From Candidatus Eiseniibacteriota bacterium (GTDB taxonomy: Bacteria > Eisenbacteria > RBG-16-71-46 > CAZAMP01): a stretch of DNA of 64,000 nucleotides. This document shows positions 20,071-29,028 of this stretch, piece after piece. The notes beneath the pieces were generated by a model, which worked only from the letters and a program-made list of their open reading frames with translations, did not search any database and was not told where the DNA came from. The number at the start of each line of letters is the position of its first letter. The stretch's first letter is position 1. The translations under genes and the position numbers were made by a program. The stretch is from assembly GCA_965224245.1 (NCBI GenBank), contig OZ245046.1:1632001-1696000 (forward strand). Reading direction: 5' to 3'.

Positions 20071-20083
20071 AATCAAACACTTA
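20071..20083 (+). promoter_or_regulatory. IHF-consensus site in the trxA leader
   Basis: AATCAAACACTTA matches WATCAANNNNTTR exactly, in an AT-rich patch. Confidence 0.4.
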
Positions 20084-20134
20084 GCTGGCGCGCGACGATG
20101 TCCGAGCCATTCCGACGACGGGAGGTCCCGCATC

Positions 20135-20461
20135 ATGTCCCTCACGCACTTTCAAGAGTCCACGTTCCAGGGCGACGTTCTCGAGTCCGAGATGCCGGCG
20201 CTCGTCGATTTCACGGCGACCTGGTGCGGCCCGTGCAAGCAGCTGGCGCCGGTCGTCGAGCAGATCGCCGGCGAGTACGACGGCCGGGTCAACGTGGGGA
20301 AGGTCGACGTGGACGAGTGCCCGAACATCGCGGCCAAGTACGGGATCCGGTCGGTACCGACACTGCTGTTCATCCGCGACGGCGAGGTCGTCGACAAGAT
20401 CACCGGCGTCGTCGGGAAGGACCAGCTCGTGGCCAAGATGAAGTCGTCGTTCGAGCTGTAG
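20135..20461 (+). CDS. trxA: Thioredoxin
   Basis: VDFTATWCGPCK, YGIRSVPT; GGAGG RBS. Confidence 0.96.
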   Translation: MSLTHFQESTFQGDVLESEMPALVDFTATWCGPCKQLAPVVEQIAGEYDGRVNVGKVDVDECPNIAAKYGIRSVPTLLFIRDGEVVDKITGVVGKDQLVAKMKSSFEL

Positions 20462-20552
20462 CCTCAAGTTCGGGCGAGTCCGAGCCGATTGTAGAGACGA
20501 CGCGGGTCGTTCCGATCCGGACGTCACGATGCCTCGATCCCGAAGGACCCAG

Positions 20553-22046
20553 ATGCACTCCATCCGCGGTGTGATCGGCTGGATCACCGGGCTGGCCGTC
20601 GCCGGTGCGCTCGTCTCGTGCGAGGAGGGCGTGCTCGACGTCAACCACATGCCCGTCGTGCTGAACGTCACGTATTCACCCACCGTCGTGCTGTCGGGGG
20701 GCGACGAGGTGACGTTGCGGGTCGACGCCATCGACGAGGACGGGGACGACCTGTCCTACAGCTGGTCCAGCGACGCGGGCTCGCTGGTGCAGCTCACCGG
20801 GCAGTCGGTCAGCTGGCAATCGCCGGAGTTCGGAGGCGACTACGAGATACGGGTCAACGTGAGCGACGGCCAGGCGGTGGCCAGCGCCGTGGTGCGCGTC
20901 TCGGTGACCGCGAACCAGGCATCGGGGACGATCACCGTGAACTCGAATCCGCAGGGAGCGCAGGTCGTTCTCGACGGGGTCAACACCGAGTTCATCACGC
21001 CGTTCGAGCTCGAGAGCCTGCCCGTCGGCGACCACACGGTCTCGCTCCACGTGGTCGACTGCGACAACGAGACGTTCGCGGAGACCGAGTGCGTGACCTT
21101 TCCCACGTCGCAGACCGAGCTCGTGACCGACGGCGAGGACGTGGTGTTCGACTTCACGTTCGTGACCTCCAAGCGCCTGAGCTTCGTGCCCGGTCCCGAC
21201 ACGTTCCTGTCTCCTCCGCAGGTCGCGCCCACCGGCGGCATCGTGTGGAGCGACGACGTGCTCGGGAGCTTCGCGCTGCGGCTGGCCGGGGTCGCCGACA
21301 CCGGTCCCGGACAGGGGATCAGCATCGAGTCGTTCACGAACTACGACGGTGAGATCCACTTCCCGAACTGGCGCTTCAAGGGCGTCAACACGTTCATCGT
21401 GTTCCAGACCACCGACGCCGACCTCGGCTCGGAGGTCGGGGAGTTCAACGTGTTCGCGTCGCCCACGATCCAGTTCTTCGACCTGGGGGGCGACGTCCGC
21501 AACGTGAGCTTCAACCCGACCGGTACCCGATTCGCGTTCGTGCGACACACGATGGCCGGGAGCGTGTTCCGGACCGAGGTCCGGCTCACCGAGGAGTTCG
21601 CCGACCCCGTGTTCAATCCGTCGTCCGAGGTCGTGGCGACGTACGACGACCCCGGCGGCCGGGTTCGCGTGTCGACGCCGGAGTTCGGCAGCGATGGGAA
21701 CACGCTGGTCTACTCGGTCACCCAGCCCGGCGGATCGTCGGATCTGTACCTCCACGACTTCTCGTCCGGCACCGGGCATCGCCTGTCGACCGACGGCCAG
21801 CGGGCGTGGCCGACGTTCAGCGTGTCCCAGAGCTTCGTCTTCTACCACGACACCGGGGCGGACGCAGTCTACGGCGCCGAGCTCGACACCGACCTCTTCC
21901 AGCTCGGACCGCCGATGCGCCTGACGCGCTCGGGCACGCGGACGCCGGCCTTCACCCAGCTCCTGACGAACAGCTACGTGATCGCCCGGTCGCAGGACCG
22001 GGGGATCATCGTCGTCGAGAACTTCGACCTCGACGACGGCCCTTAG
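20553..22046 (+). CDS. Lipoprotein with Ig-like and PEGA domains and a TolB-like beta-propeller
   Basis: Lipobox LVSC; PEGA (ITVNSNPQGAQVVLDG…TP…LPVGDHTV); WD/TolB-like repeats (SFNPTGTRFAF, PEFGSDGNTLVYS, PTFS). Confidence 0.7.
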   Translation: MHSIRGVIGWITGLAVAGALVSCEEGVLDVNHMPVVLNVTYSPTVVLSGGDEVTLRVDAIDEDGDDLSYSWSSDAGSLVQLTGQSVSWQSPEFGGDYEIRVNVSDGQAVASAVVRVSVTANQASGTITVNSNPQGAQVVLDGVNTEFITPFELESLPVGDHTVSLHVVDCDNETFAETECVTFPTSQTELVTDGEDVVFDFTFVTSKRLSFVPGPDTFLSPPQVAPTGGIVWSDDVLGSFALRLAGVADTGPGQGISIESFTNYDGEIHFPNWRFKGVNTFIVFQTTDADLGSEVGEFNVFASPTIQFFDLGGDVRNVSFNPTGTRFAFVRHTMAGSVFRTEVRLTEEFADPVFNPSSEVVATYDDPGGRVRVSTPEFGSDGNTLVYSVTQPGGSSDLYLHDFSSGTGHRLSTDGQRAWPTFSVSQSFVFYHDTGADAVYGAELDTDLFQLGPPMRLTRSGTRTPAFTQLLTNSYVIARSQDRGIIVVENFDLDDGP

Positions 22047-22243
22047 CCACGCCGGGGCCGCCGTCCGATCCTCCAGTGCCGCCACCGGTTGTGCCGCCCG
22101 ACCGGCCAGCCCCGGCCGTACACCCGGGGCACGCTTTCCGGCCGCGGATGGTGGAACCCCGCGCGCCCGGGACGGGTATCACACGGCTCTACCCGGTTGC
22201 GGACGCTCGGCGGTGCGCCAGGCTCGCACTGCCTCATGCATCC

Positions 22244-22276
22244 GGAAGGCCGGCTCCTCGCGGGGCTGGCCTTTTT
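22244..22276 (+). terminator. Rho-independent terminator
   Basis: AAGGCCGGCTCC-TCGC-GGGGCTGGCCTT stem followed by a T-run. Confidence 0.65.
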
Positions 22277-22400
22277 CGTGCCACGGAATGCGCCAGCAAG
22301 CCGATCCGAGAGGCCGCGACAGATGGACTCCCGTGCTGGCGGGACCGGGGAAACGGGCAAGAACGGGGAGTGAGGTACCGGACGATGACGGGCCGAATGA

Positions 22401-22428
22401 ACTTAACATAATATATATTATGCGCAGA
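22401..22428 (-). other. dif: dif site (XerC/XerD chromosome dimer resolution site)
   Basis: Minus strand TCTGCGCATAA-TATATA-TTATGTTAAGT vs E. coli GGTGCGCATAA-TGTATA-TTATGTTAAAT (24/28 identical); intergenic, at a strand-convergence point. Confidence 0.9.
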
Positions 22429-22521
22429 TCGCGCGGCCGGCACACGGGGTCGCTCCGTCTCGGTCTGGGCTCGCGCCTGGGAGTTCATTTCCGACCCGGC
22501 GATTCGCGATCGGCCTCGTGG

Positions 22522-23223
22522 CTACGGCGTGGCGGCGTGCGTCCACTCCGCCTTGCTGACCCGTGCCAGGTGGACCTGGTCCAGCACGAGGCGCTCCTCG
22601 GAGCCTTCGTAGCGCTCGATCAGGTCGTCCAGGAGCGCCAGTGCCTTCGGCGTGTCGCCCGCGACATGGTACGCGCGAGCCGCGGCGCGCAGATCGAACA
22701 CGCGCGCGCCGGCCGGCGTACCCTCGGCGGCCAGGGACTCGTAGATCGCGGCGGCCTCGGCCGGCCGGTCGGTGTCCTCGAGGACGACGGCCAGTCCGCG
22801 CCGGGCCGCGGTGAGCTGCATCGGATCGCCGGACAACGCGTCGGCGGCCTCGCGATACGCGGCAGCGGCCTCCTCCTGGCGCCCGAGGCCCGCCAGTGCT
22901 TCGGCCCGGATCAGGATGGCGCTCTTGCCGCTCGACGTGCCGCCGTAGCGGTCCTCGAGGGTTCGGGCGACCTCCAGTGCCGCACCGTAGTCCCCTTGCT
23001 CCGCGTCGCGCGTGGCGCGGCTCCAGAGATCCACCGCTTCGCCGCTGGTGGCCGCGCGGTTGCGGCCGATCAGGCCGGTGGCGATGACGGCGGTCGCGAT
23101 GACCAGCACGCCGATTGCGAGCATCTGCCAGTGCTGGGTCAGGAAGTTCTGAAAGGCGGCGACGGCATGGTCGAGCGGATCCTCATGCTCGACCTGGCGG
23201 TGTCCCGGCAGCTTCGTGGTCAC
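22522..23223 (-). CDS. Membrane-anchored TPR protein (YfgM-like)
   Basis: Single N-proximal TM (WQMLAIGVLVIATAVIATGLI) then TPR helices; GTG 23223 with GAGGAG RBS. Confidence 0.7.
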   Translation of the reverse strand: MTTKLPGHRQVEHEDPLDHAVAAFQNFLTQHWQMLAIGVLVIATAVIATGLIGRNRAATSGEAVDLWSRATRDAEQGDYGAALEVARTLEDRYGGTSSGKSAILIRAEALAGLGRQEEAAAAYREAADALSGDPMQLTAARRGLAVVLEDTDRPAEAAAIYESLAAEGTPAGARVFDLRAAARAYHVAGDTPKALALLDDLIERYEGSEERLVLDQVHLARVSKAEWTHAATP

Positions 23224-23417
23224 GTTCGAACGACTCCTCATTCCATGAACGACTCACCGGCGGCGCGGGCAGCGACGCCGGTGCTGATCTTGCCAGACGA
23301 CGGGCCCGAGGACGGGGTCCCCGGGTTTCGAGGCGGAGAGTATGCCACGGCCGACCGCGGGACGGGAAACGCCGAGTTGGGACGCTCACCGGCAGGTCCG
23401 CGCGGGCAATCTCCCCC

Positions 23418-25022
23418 TCAGTGATCCGCCGCCGCGCGCTCGCCGAGGGCCGCGGCGGACACGTCGTCGACGAGAATGCTCGGGTCCAGGTCCGGAATGC
23501 CCAGCGCCGACGCGTAGTCGTCGAGCGACTTCCGGACCCCTTCCGACCAGATCGCGTTCAGCTCCTTGGCCGCGTCCTTCTTGGAGAACCAGTCGGGTCC
23601 GAGCCGCTTCTCCAGCGTCTGCTGGATCGCCACCGCCAGCACCGAGCCGTGGAACTTGGCCACGCACTCGAAACCGTCGTCGGCGCTCATGAACATCGCC
23701 CGATCGATCTGGGTGCTGCCCCAGAGTCGGATCGGCTCGAAGATGCTCTCGTAGACCTCGTCCGGCTGCTTGGTGTCGCCGTACAGCTCGGGCAGGAACA
23801 GCACGCGGCCGGCGTGGTCCCGTGCCTGGGCCAGCCGAAGGAACATGTGCGCGCGGCGTGCCGCCTCGATCTGGTCGGCGTCGAGCTTCGAGTTCTGGTC
23901 GAGGAACGCGGCGCTCTCCATCAGGTTCTCGAACAGGTAGCCGATCGCGTATCCCATCGTGGGATCGCCGAAGAAGTGATTCTCGAAGTATGCGCCCCCT
24001 CCGCGTCCGTGGAAGACCTGTCGCCCGGCCTCGCGCAGCATGCCCGTGTACGCCTGGAAGCCGCTCGCGGGCTTCCAGCCGACCGTCGAGGCGCTCTGGG
24101 TGAGCTTGTTGAAGTACGTGTGCGCGCCGTCGAGTGCGTGCTCGACCTTCGCCTCCTCGTCGTCCACCTGCCACGAGTCGGACTTGTCGAGCGACAGACC
24201 GGCCCGCTCGAAGGCCTTCTCGATGACCTGGAAGGGCTTCTTCTTGTCGAGACCGCGATCGAACCGGGTCGCCGCCCAGACCTGCGGCATGTCGTAGAAA
24301 CGCACGTCCTCGGGCGTGAGCGCGCCGCCGAACGTGGCCTCGATCTGCTCGTGCAGAAGCTCGCGGTAGAGATCGGTCGACGCGTCCAGGAACGCGCGCG
24401 CACGTGTCCTGGCGGCCGCGAGATCGAATCCGTGGTATTGCTGGATGAAATCGATGTAACCTTCATAGCCGAGGTCGGTTGCCGCCTCGTTCGAGAGGTG
24501 GACGGCCTGCTGCAGGTAGACGTTCACGTTCTCGAGAAACTCGGTGAAGGCGAAGCTCCACTGGCGCCTGGCGGAACGATCTTCCTCCTCCGCCATCCGG
24601 TGGACGACGTTCCGCAGCGTGATCTCCTCCCCCCCCACGACGATGCGCGTGTCGGCCAGGTAGTTGTTGCCGCCGTCGATCTCGGCGGCGCTGCGCGCCC
24701 GGATCGTCTGGTAGGTCAGCCACATCTTCAGACGCCGGTAGGCGGACTCGGCCTCGGCATCCGGCGCGGACGGGATGTAGCCGGCGACCTCGGCGATCTT
24801 GTCCGGTGTCACGAGGTAGTGGAACGTGGAGTACGTCCGCTCGAAGTCCGACTCACGGCCCTTGACGTACGTCGTCAGCGACTTGTCCTCGACCGCCTGG
24901 AAGAACTCGAGGCTCTTCTCGCGGATCCTGTCGATCGACGCGTCCGGTTGTGCGACTGCCTCGTGGGCGACGCACAGAACGACGCCGAACACCGACGCGG
25001 TTACGTACGCTCGCGGGCTCAA
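23418..25022 (-). CDS. Secreted M3/oligoendopeptidase-fold protein with degenerate zinc motif
   Basis: Signal peptide; ITLRNV…EEDRSARR, ATDLGYEGY, LREAGRQVF in place of HExxH, GYLFENLM, LEKRLGPDWF…LNAIWSEG; TTG start with GAGGAG. Confidence 0.6.
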   Translation of the reverse strand: MSPRAYVTASVFGVVLCVAHEAVAQPDASIDRIREKSLEFFQAVEDKSLTTYVKGRESDFERTYSTFHYLVTPDKIAEVAGYIPSAPDAEAESAYRRLKMWLTYQTIRARSAAEIDGGNNYLADTRIVVGGEEITLRNVVHRMAEEEDRSARRQWSFAFTEFLENVNVYLQQAVHLSNEAATDLGYEGYIDFIQQYHGFDLAAARTRARAFLDASTDLYRELLHEQIEATFGGALTPEDVRFYDMPQVWAATRFDRGLDKKKPFQVIEKAFERAGLSLDKSDSWQVDDEEAKVEHALDGAHTYFNKLTQSASTVGWKPASGFQAYTGMLREAGRQVFHGRGGGAYFENHFFGDPTMGYAIGYLFENLMESAAFLDQNSKLDADQIEAARRAHMFLRLAQARDHAGRVLFLPELYGDTKQPDEVYESIFEPIRLWGSTQIDRAMFMSADDGFECVAKFHGSVLAVAIQQTLEKRLGPDWFSKKDAAKELNAIWSEGVRKSLDDYASALGIPDLDPSILVDDVSAAALGERAAADH

Positions 25023-26134
25023 CGTTGGACCTCCTCGGTTTCGTCATCGATGTCCGTGGCCGGATCATCGTCGGTTGGTTCGTCCCTGGGTGCCATGCCG
25101 TCTCGAGATCGGGACAGCCAGCGGCCGTCCGACGCGATCTCCCACGGTCCGAGCTCGTGTCCGCTCGCGGCGCACACGACCCCGTCCAGCGTGCCGAGGA
25201 AGTGGTTGAAGTAGCATTCGGTCGGTGACGTCCACCGGTCGCAGGCGATCGTCAACGCCGTGCGTGGCATGTAGGCCACGGCGACGTTCACGAGCCGGAT
25301 GTGGACACGACACTGATGGTGACGCTGCTCCTCGGCGATGCGCCGCTTCCAGTCGAGCTGGTAGCGACGGATGCGCTTCTCGCGCTCGGCCGCCTCCTTG
25401 GGCGACGTGCGCGAGAGCCGGTTCATGACTTCTTTCTCCTCCGCGATCAGCTGCCGGTAGTAATCCTCCACGCTCTGAATCTCGCGGTCGAGATAGCGCT
25501 GTGTGTTCCGCTTCGCTCTGGCCGCCTTCCGGTGAATGCGCGAGTCGAGGACGTCGAGCACGCGCGGGAGGAGCGATCCGGGTTCCGGAGCATCGATCTG
25601 ACCCCATCTCTCGGGGCTCGACGGGAGCGTCTCGGACCAGACGCTGTGCAGCGCGTCGATCACTTCGGGCTCCCGAAATGCGTCTCGCACAACGTCATAG
25701 CCGATTGAAAGGAGGTCGTCCGACGTTACCACGGACTGATACGAGATTGCAAAATTGAACACGACGTGCGGGTGCAGCGCTCGCTTTCCGGCCGTCCACG
25801 TGACGCCGGGACCGTCGATCATGCGCGACGGCGGCGCATCGGACAGCGGCTCGACGACGGGTGTATACACGTGCGTGACCGCGCCTCCCGAGCGCGCGGA
25901 GTCGAGCAGCTTCAGGTAGAACGGACTGCCGGCCTTGGCCAGGATCGCGTCGGGGTACATGTCGATGGACTTGCGCTCGAACGCGACGGTGATCTCGGGC
26001 TTCTCGGCGAACGGCGGCGTCTTCTCGAACACCGCGCGCACCGTGTTCTTCTTCAGCTGAGAGACGCGCGCGCCGTGACGCCTGAGCGTGTCCATGACGA
26101 ATGCGTCCGTCGTTCCGCGGTCACGGGTGGACAT
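25019..26134 (-). CDS. Hypothetical protein, YqhG-like partner of the SNF2 helicase
   Basis: ATG 26134, 5 nt after the helicase stop; HPHVVFNFAISY, coiled coil REIQSVEDYY, as in YqhG-type proteins (recalled, not searched). Confidence 0.55.
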   Translation of the reverse strand: MSTRDRGTTDAFVMDTLRRHGARVSQLKKNTVRAVFEKTPPFAEKPEITVAFERKSIDMYPDAILAKAGSPFYLKLLDSARSGGAVTHVYTPVVEPLSDAPPSRMIDGPGVTWTAGKRALHPHVVFNFAISYQSVVTSDDLLSIGYDVVRDAFREPEVIDALHSVWSETLPSSPERWGQIDAPEPGSLLPRVLDVLDSRIHRKAARAKRNTQRYLDREIQSVEDYYRQLIAEEKEVMNRLSRTSPKEAAEREKRIRRYQLDWKRRIAEEQRHHQCRVHIRLVNVAVAYMPRTALTIACDRWTSPTECYFNHFLGTLDGVVCAASGHELGPWEIASDGRWLSRSRDGMAPRDEPTDDDPATDIDDETEEVQR

Positions 26135-26139
26135 ACCGA

Positions 26140-28203
26140 TCAGCTCCCCGAGTCGAAGACGTCGCGGTCGAGGCCCTTGACCTTCTCGTAGCGCTGCCGG
26201 GCGCTCGCCAGCTCGTCGCCGAACTCCTCGAACTGGCTCGCGATCTCGGAGCGATCGCGCGAGGAGCTCCAGATCTGGAAGACCCGGTTCTCGAACGCGC
26301 CCTTCTCCTCGATGGAACCCAGGATCATGTCCATTTCTCCGATCACCAGCTCGAACATGCGGATCTTCTTGACCAGGAGCTCCAGAACGTACGCCTCGAC
26401 GGTGTTTTCGGTGGTGAAGTTGTAGACGTAGATGTCCCGCTTCTGGCCCAGCCGGTGGACGCGGCCGATCCGTTGCTCGACCTTCATCGGGTTCCACGGG
26501 AGGTCGTAGTTCACCACCGACCGGCAGAACTGGAGGTTTCTTCCCTCCCCCCCGGCCTCGCTGCTGATCAGCACCTGGGCGCTTCGCCGGAAGCGATCGA
26601 TCGCGGTCTCCTTCTCCGATGCGGTCAGCCCGCCGTGGAACACGCTGGTCCGCACACCGTGCGCGCTCAGGGTGCGATCGATGTAGTGCAGCGTTTCCAG
26701 GAACTGCGTGAACACGATGACCTTCTCGCCCTGGCGCCGCTCGAGCACGTCCAGGAGCCCCTGGATCTTGTTGTTCTCGGTGATCGCGTCGGCCCGCTCG
26801 ACCAGGCGCTGGAGACGTCCCGTCTCGTCGGTGAGGCGCTTGTCGTCGAAACACTTGCGCAGCGTGCCGCGCGCGGCGAACGAGGACGAGCCGATCTCCT
26901 TCTGGAGCACCATCAGGATGAAGTGCCACTTCTGGTACAGGTTGTCGCGGCCGGTGCGCGCGGTCTGATAGATGAAGTCGGACACGTCGTCGTAGAGCTC
27001 GCGTTCGGCGTCGCTGAGCGTGAACGTGACCGTCTCCACGTGGCGGTCGGGAAAGCGGATCGACGTCGACGAGCGCGTGGTCCGGATCATGACCTTGCCC
27101 AGCAGGCGGGCCAGCTCGCGCGTGTTCTTCGGGAGGCGCTTGTCACCGCGCACCATGAACAGGCGCCGGAACTCGCGATACGTGCCGAGCGCGCCCGGCT
27201 TCAGCAGCGTGACGAGGTTGTACAGCTCGCGGAGGTCGTTCTGAACCGGCGTGGCGGTCAGGAGCAGGATGTGCTTCACGCTGAGGGCGTCGATGAACTT
27301 CCATCCCAGCGTCTGGTGGTTGCGCAGGCGGTGCGCCTCGTCCACGACGACCATGTCGTAGTCCTGCGACAGGATGACCTCGCGGTTGCGCAGCGTCTTG
27401 GCGGTGTCCAGGCTCGCGATCAGGAAGTCGGTCTGCCAGGCGTTCTCCTTGCCGTACGTCTCGAACTCGATGTCGAACTTCTGGTACATCTCCTCGCGCC
27501 ACTGCTCGACCAGGCTGACCGGGACCAGCACCAGACAGCGGCGCACGAGCCCGCGCAGCACGTATTCCTTCAGGATGATGCCGGCCTCGATCGTCTTGCC
27601 CAGCCCGACCTCGTCGGCCAGGAGCGCACGCCCGTTCATCTCGCGCAGGACCTTCAGGCACGCCCGAACCTGATACTGGTAGCGCTGGATGCCGCTGATC
27701 GACTCGAGCGAGATCAGACGCTCGAACCCGCGGTTCAGGCCCAGTCGCTCGGCCTCCAGGCGGAGCGCGTAGTCGGCGGGATCGGCCTTCGGGGGCGCGC
27801 CGTCGAGAACGGCGAAGCTCTGGGCGTCCAGCCGGACCACGTCCGCGTCGTGGAACGCGAAGCGCTTGGCGATGTCCACCGGATCGCCGGGGTCGGCCGG
27901 GGCGTGCGGCGCGTGAACCCGTCCGTTGACGGGCGCCTCGCCGCGCTCCACCGCGGTGTCGGTCGCGACCGCGGGCGCGGCGTCCGAGCGGCGCTTGGAC
28001 TTCTTGCGCTTCTTCGTGGGAGGTGCCGCGGCCTCGGCGTCCTCGGGGCGAATCTGGGGATGGATGGACGTGATCTTGCGGACGCCGTCGCCGAAAGCGA
28101 CCTCGAGGATGTCGTAGAACGGCCGCCGCCGCACGTCGACGACGAGCCCTTCGCCGAAACCGTCGTGAATGATCTTGTCGCCGACCTCGTATACGTGCCG
28201 CAT
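26140..28203 (-). CDS. SNF2-family helicase/ATPase (YqhH/RapA-like) with N-terminal Tudor-like domain
   Basis: ALLADEVGLGKTIEAG, VVVDEAH, LLTATPVQN, SEAGGEGRNLQF, YDLPWNPMKVEQRIGRVHRLGQ. Confidence 0.9.
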   Translation of the reverse strand: MRHVYEVGDKIIHDGFGEGLVVDVRRRPFYDILEVAFGDGVRKITSIHPQIRPEDAEAAAPPTKKRKKSKRRSDAAPAVATDTAVERGEAPVNGRVHAPHAPADPGDPVDIAKRFAFHDADVVRLDAQSFAVLDGAPPKADPADYALRLEAERLGLNRGFERLISLESISGIQRYQYQVRACLKVLREMNGRALLADEVGLGKTIEAGIILKEYVLRGLVRRCLVLVPVSLVEQWREEMYQKFDIEFETYGKENAWQTDFLIASLDTAKTLRNREVILSQDYDMVVVDEAHRLRNHQTLGWKFIDALSVKHILLLTATPVQNDLRELYNLVTLLKPGALGTYREFRRLFMVRGDKRLPKNTRELARLLGKVMIRTTRSSTSIRFPDRHVETVTFTLSDAERELYDDVSDFIYQTARTGRDNLYQKWHFILMVLQKEIGSSSFAARGTLRKCFDDKRLTDETGRLQRLVERADAITENNKIQGLLDVLERRQGEKVIVFTQFLETLHYIDRTLSAHGVRTSVFHGGLTASEKETAIDRFRRSAQVLISSEAGGEGRNLQFCRSVVNYDLPWNPMKVEQRIGRVHRLGQKRDIYVYNFTTENTVEAYVLELLVKKIRMFELVIGEMDMILGSIEEKGAFENRVFQIWSSSRDRSEIASQFEEFGDELASARQRYEKVKGLDRDVFDSGS

Positions 28204-28258
28204 GTGCGTCCGTGTCCGATCGTGGGAGCGCGAGCCCCGCGGGCGTCCGACGGGGCGG

Positions 28259-28900
28259 TCAGCGCCGCCGTCGCGTCAGGTGATAGAAGCGAAGTCCCAG
28301 GGAGGCTTCAGCGGAGCTCGACGTCCCCTCGTCGTGAAAGAGCGCGTGCGATCGCACCGACAGCTCCAGCGACACGGTTCTCGAGAAGAAGTGCTCGAGC
28401 CCCCCGCCGAACGTCAGCGTGAGTCCGGACCCCGGAAAGCGAGTCGCGAAGTCGCCGAAGCGGATCTCGGGGCGGAACCAGCCCAGCCCCGCCACCACGT
28501 ACGGCGTGTCCTTCGCCTTTCTCGCGAAGTACCGGTAGTACTCGCCGGTCACCACGGCCGCGTGCATCGTCTGTGCGGTATCGCGGGCGGCCTCCTCGAA
28601 CGCGGCAATCTCGGCGCCCGTTCGATCGAAGCCGAGCGTCTCGAAGCTGATCCCGAAGGCAGACTGACGGTCGATCGCCATGCGCAGTCGCACCGCCACC
28701 CCGGCCCTGACGCCATCCAGCCCGTCCAGCTCGAACAGGCCGTACTCCACGCCGGACCCCGAGAAGAGGCCCGACACCTGCCCCTGCACACCGGCGCTGA
28801 ACGTGCCGGTGGGTTGCTCGTAAGCCATTGCCTTGTTAATGGTTATGTCATGTCCGACGAGCGCGAGAGTCACCACCGCCCACCTCACCCAGCGCTGCAT
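28259..28900 (-). CDS. Outer-membrane beta-barrel protein (8-stranded OMP-like)
   Basis: Signal peptide; amphipathic strands PYVVAGLGW, FGGGLEHFF, ASLGLRFY; GGAGG RBS. Confidence 0.7.
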   Translation of the reverse strand: MQRWVRWAVVTLALVGHDITINKAMAYEQPTGTFSAGVQGQVSGLFSGSGVEYGLFELDGLDGVRAGVAVRLRMAIDRQSAFGISFETLGFDRTGAEIAAFEEAARDTAQTMHAAVVTGEYYRYFARKAKDTPYVVAGLGWFRPEIRFGDFATRFPGSGLTLTFGGGLEHFFSRTVSLELSVRSHALFHDEGTSSSAEASLGLRFYHLTRRRR

Positions 28901-28955
28901 CACCGCCTCCCCAAGTCGAGCGTCGATACGGACTCCCCCCGTTTTGACGCTGGCG

Positions 28956-28984
28956 AGTATACGGGACGGCGTGTCGATGGCGAA
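28956..28984 (-). promoter_or_regulatory. Possible sigma70 promoter for the OMP/SNF2 genes
   Basis: Minus strand TTCGCC-N17-TATACT. Confidence 0.4.
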
Positions 28985-29028
28985 AGGGCCTTGGGGGCAC
29001 GCGCCGTGGCTTCGCTTTGGGGCGTGGC

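Noticed and set aside
22147-22250. T-box-like GGTGGAACC and SRP-like TCCGGAAGG fragments
   Set aside because: Lack the rest of the T-box or SRP consensus (no GGAAGCAGC) and there is no suitable downstream gene
26140-28203. SNF2 helicase as part of an anti-phage system (DISARM, BREX, Zorya)
   Set aside because: No methylase, nuclease, PglZ or DUF1998 partners; sequence and context match the YqhH-like housekeeping type
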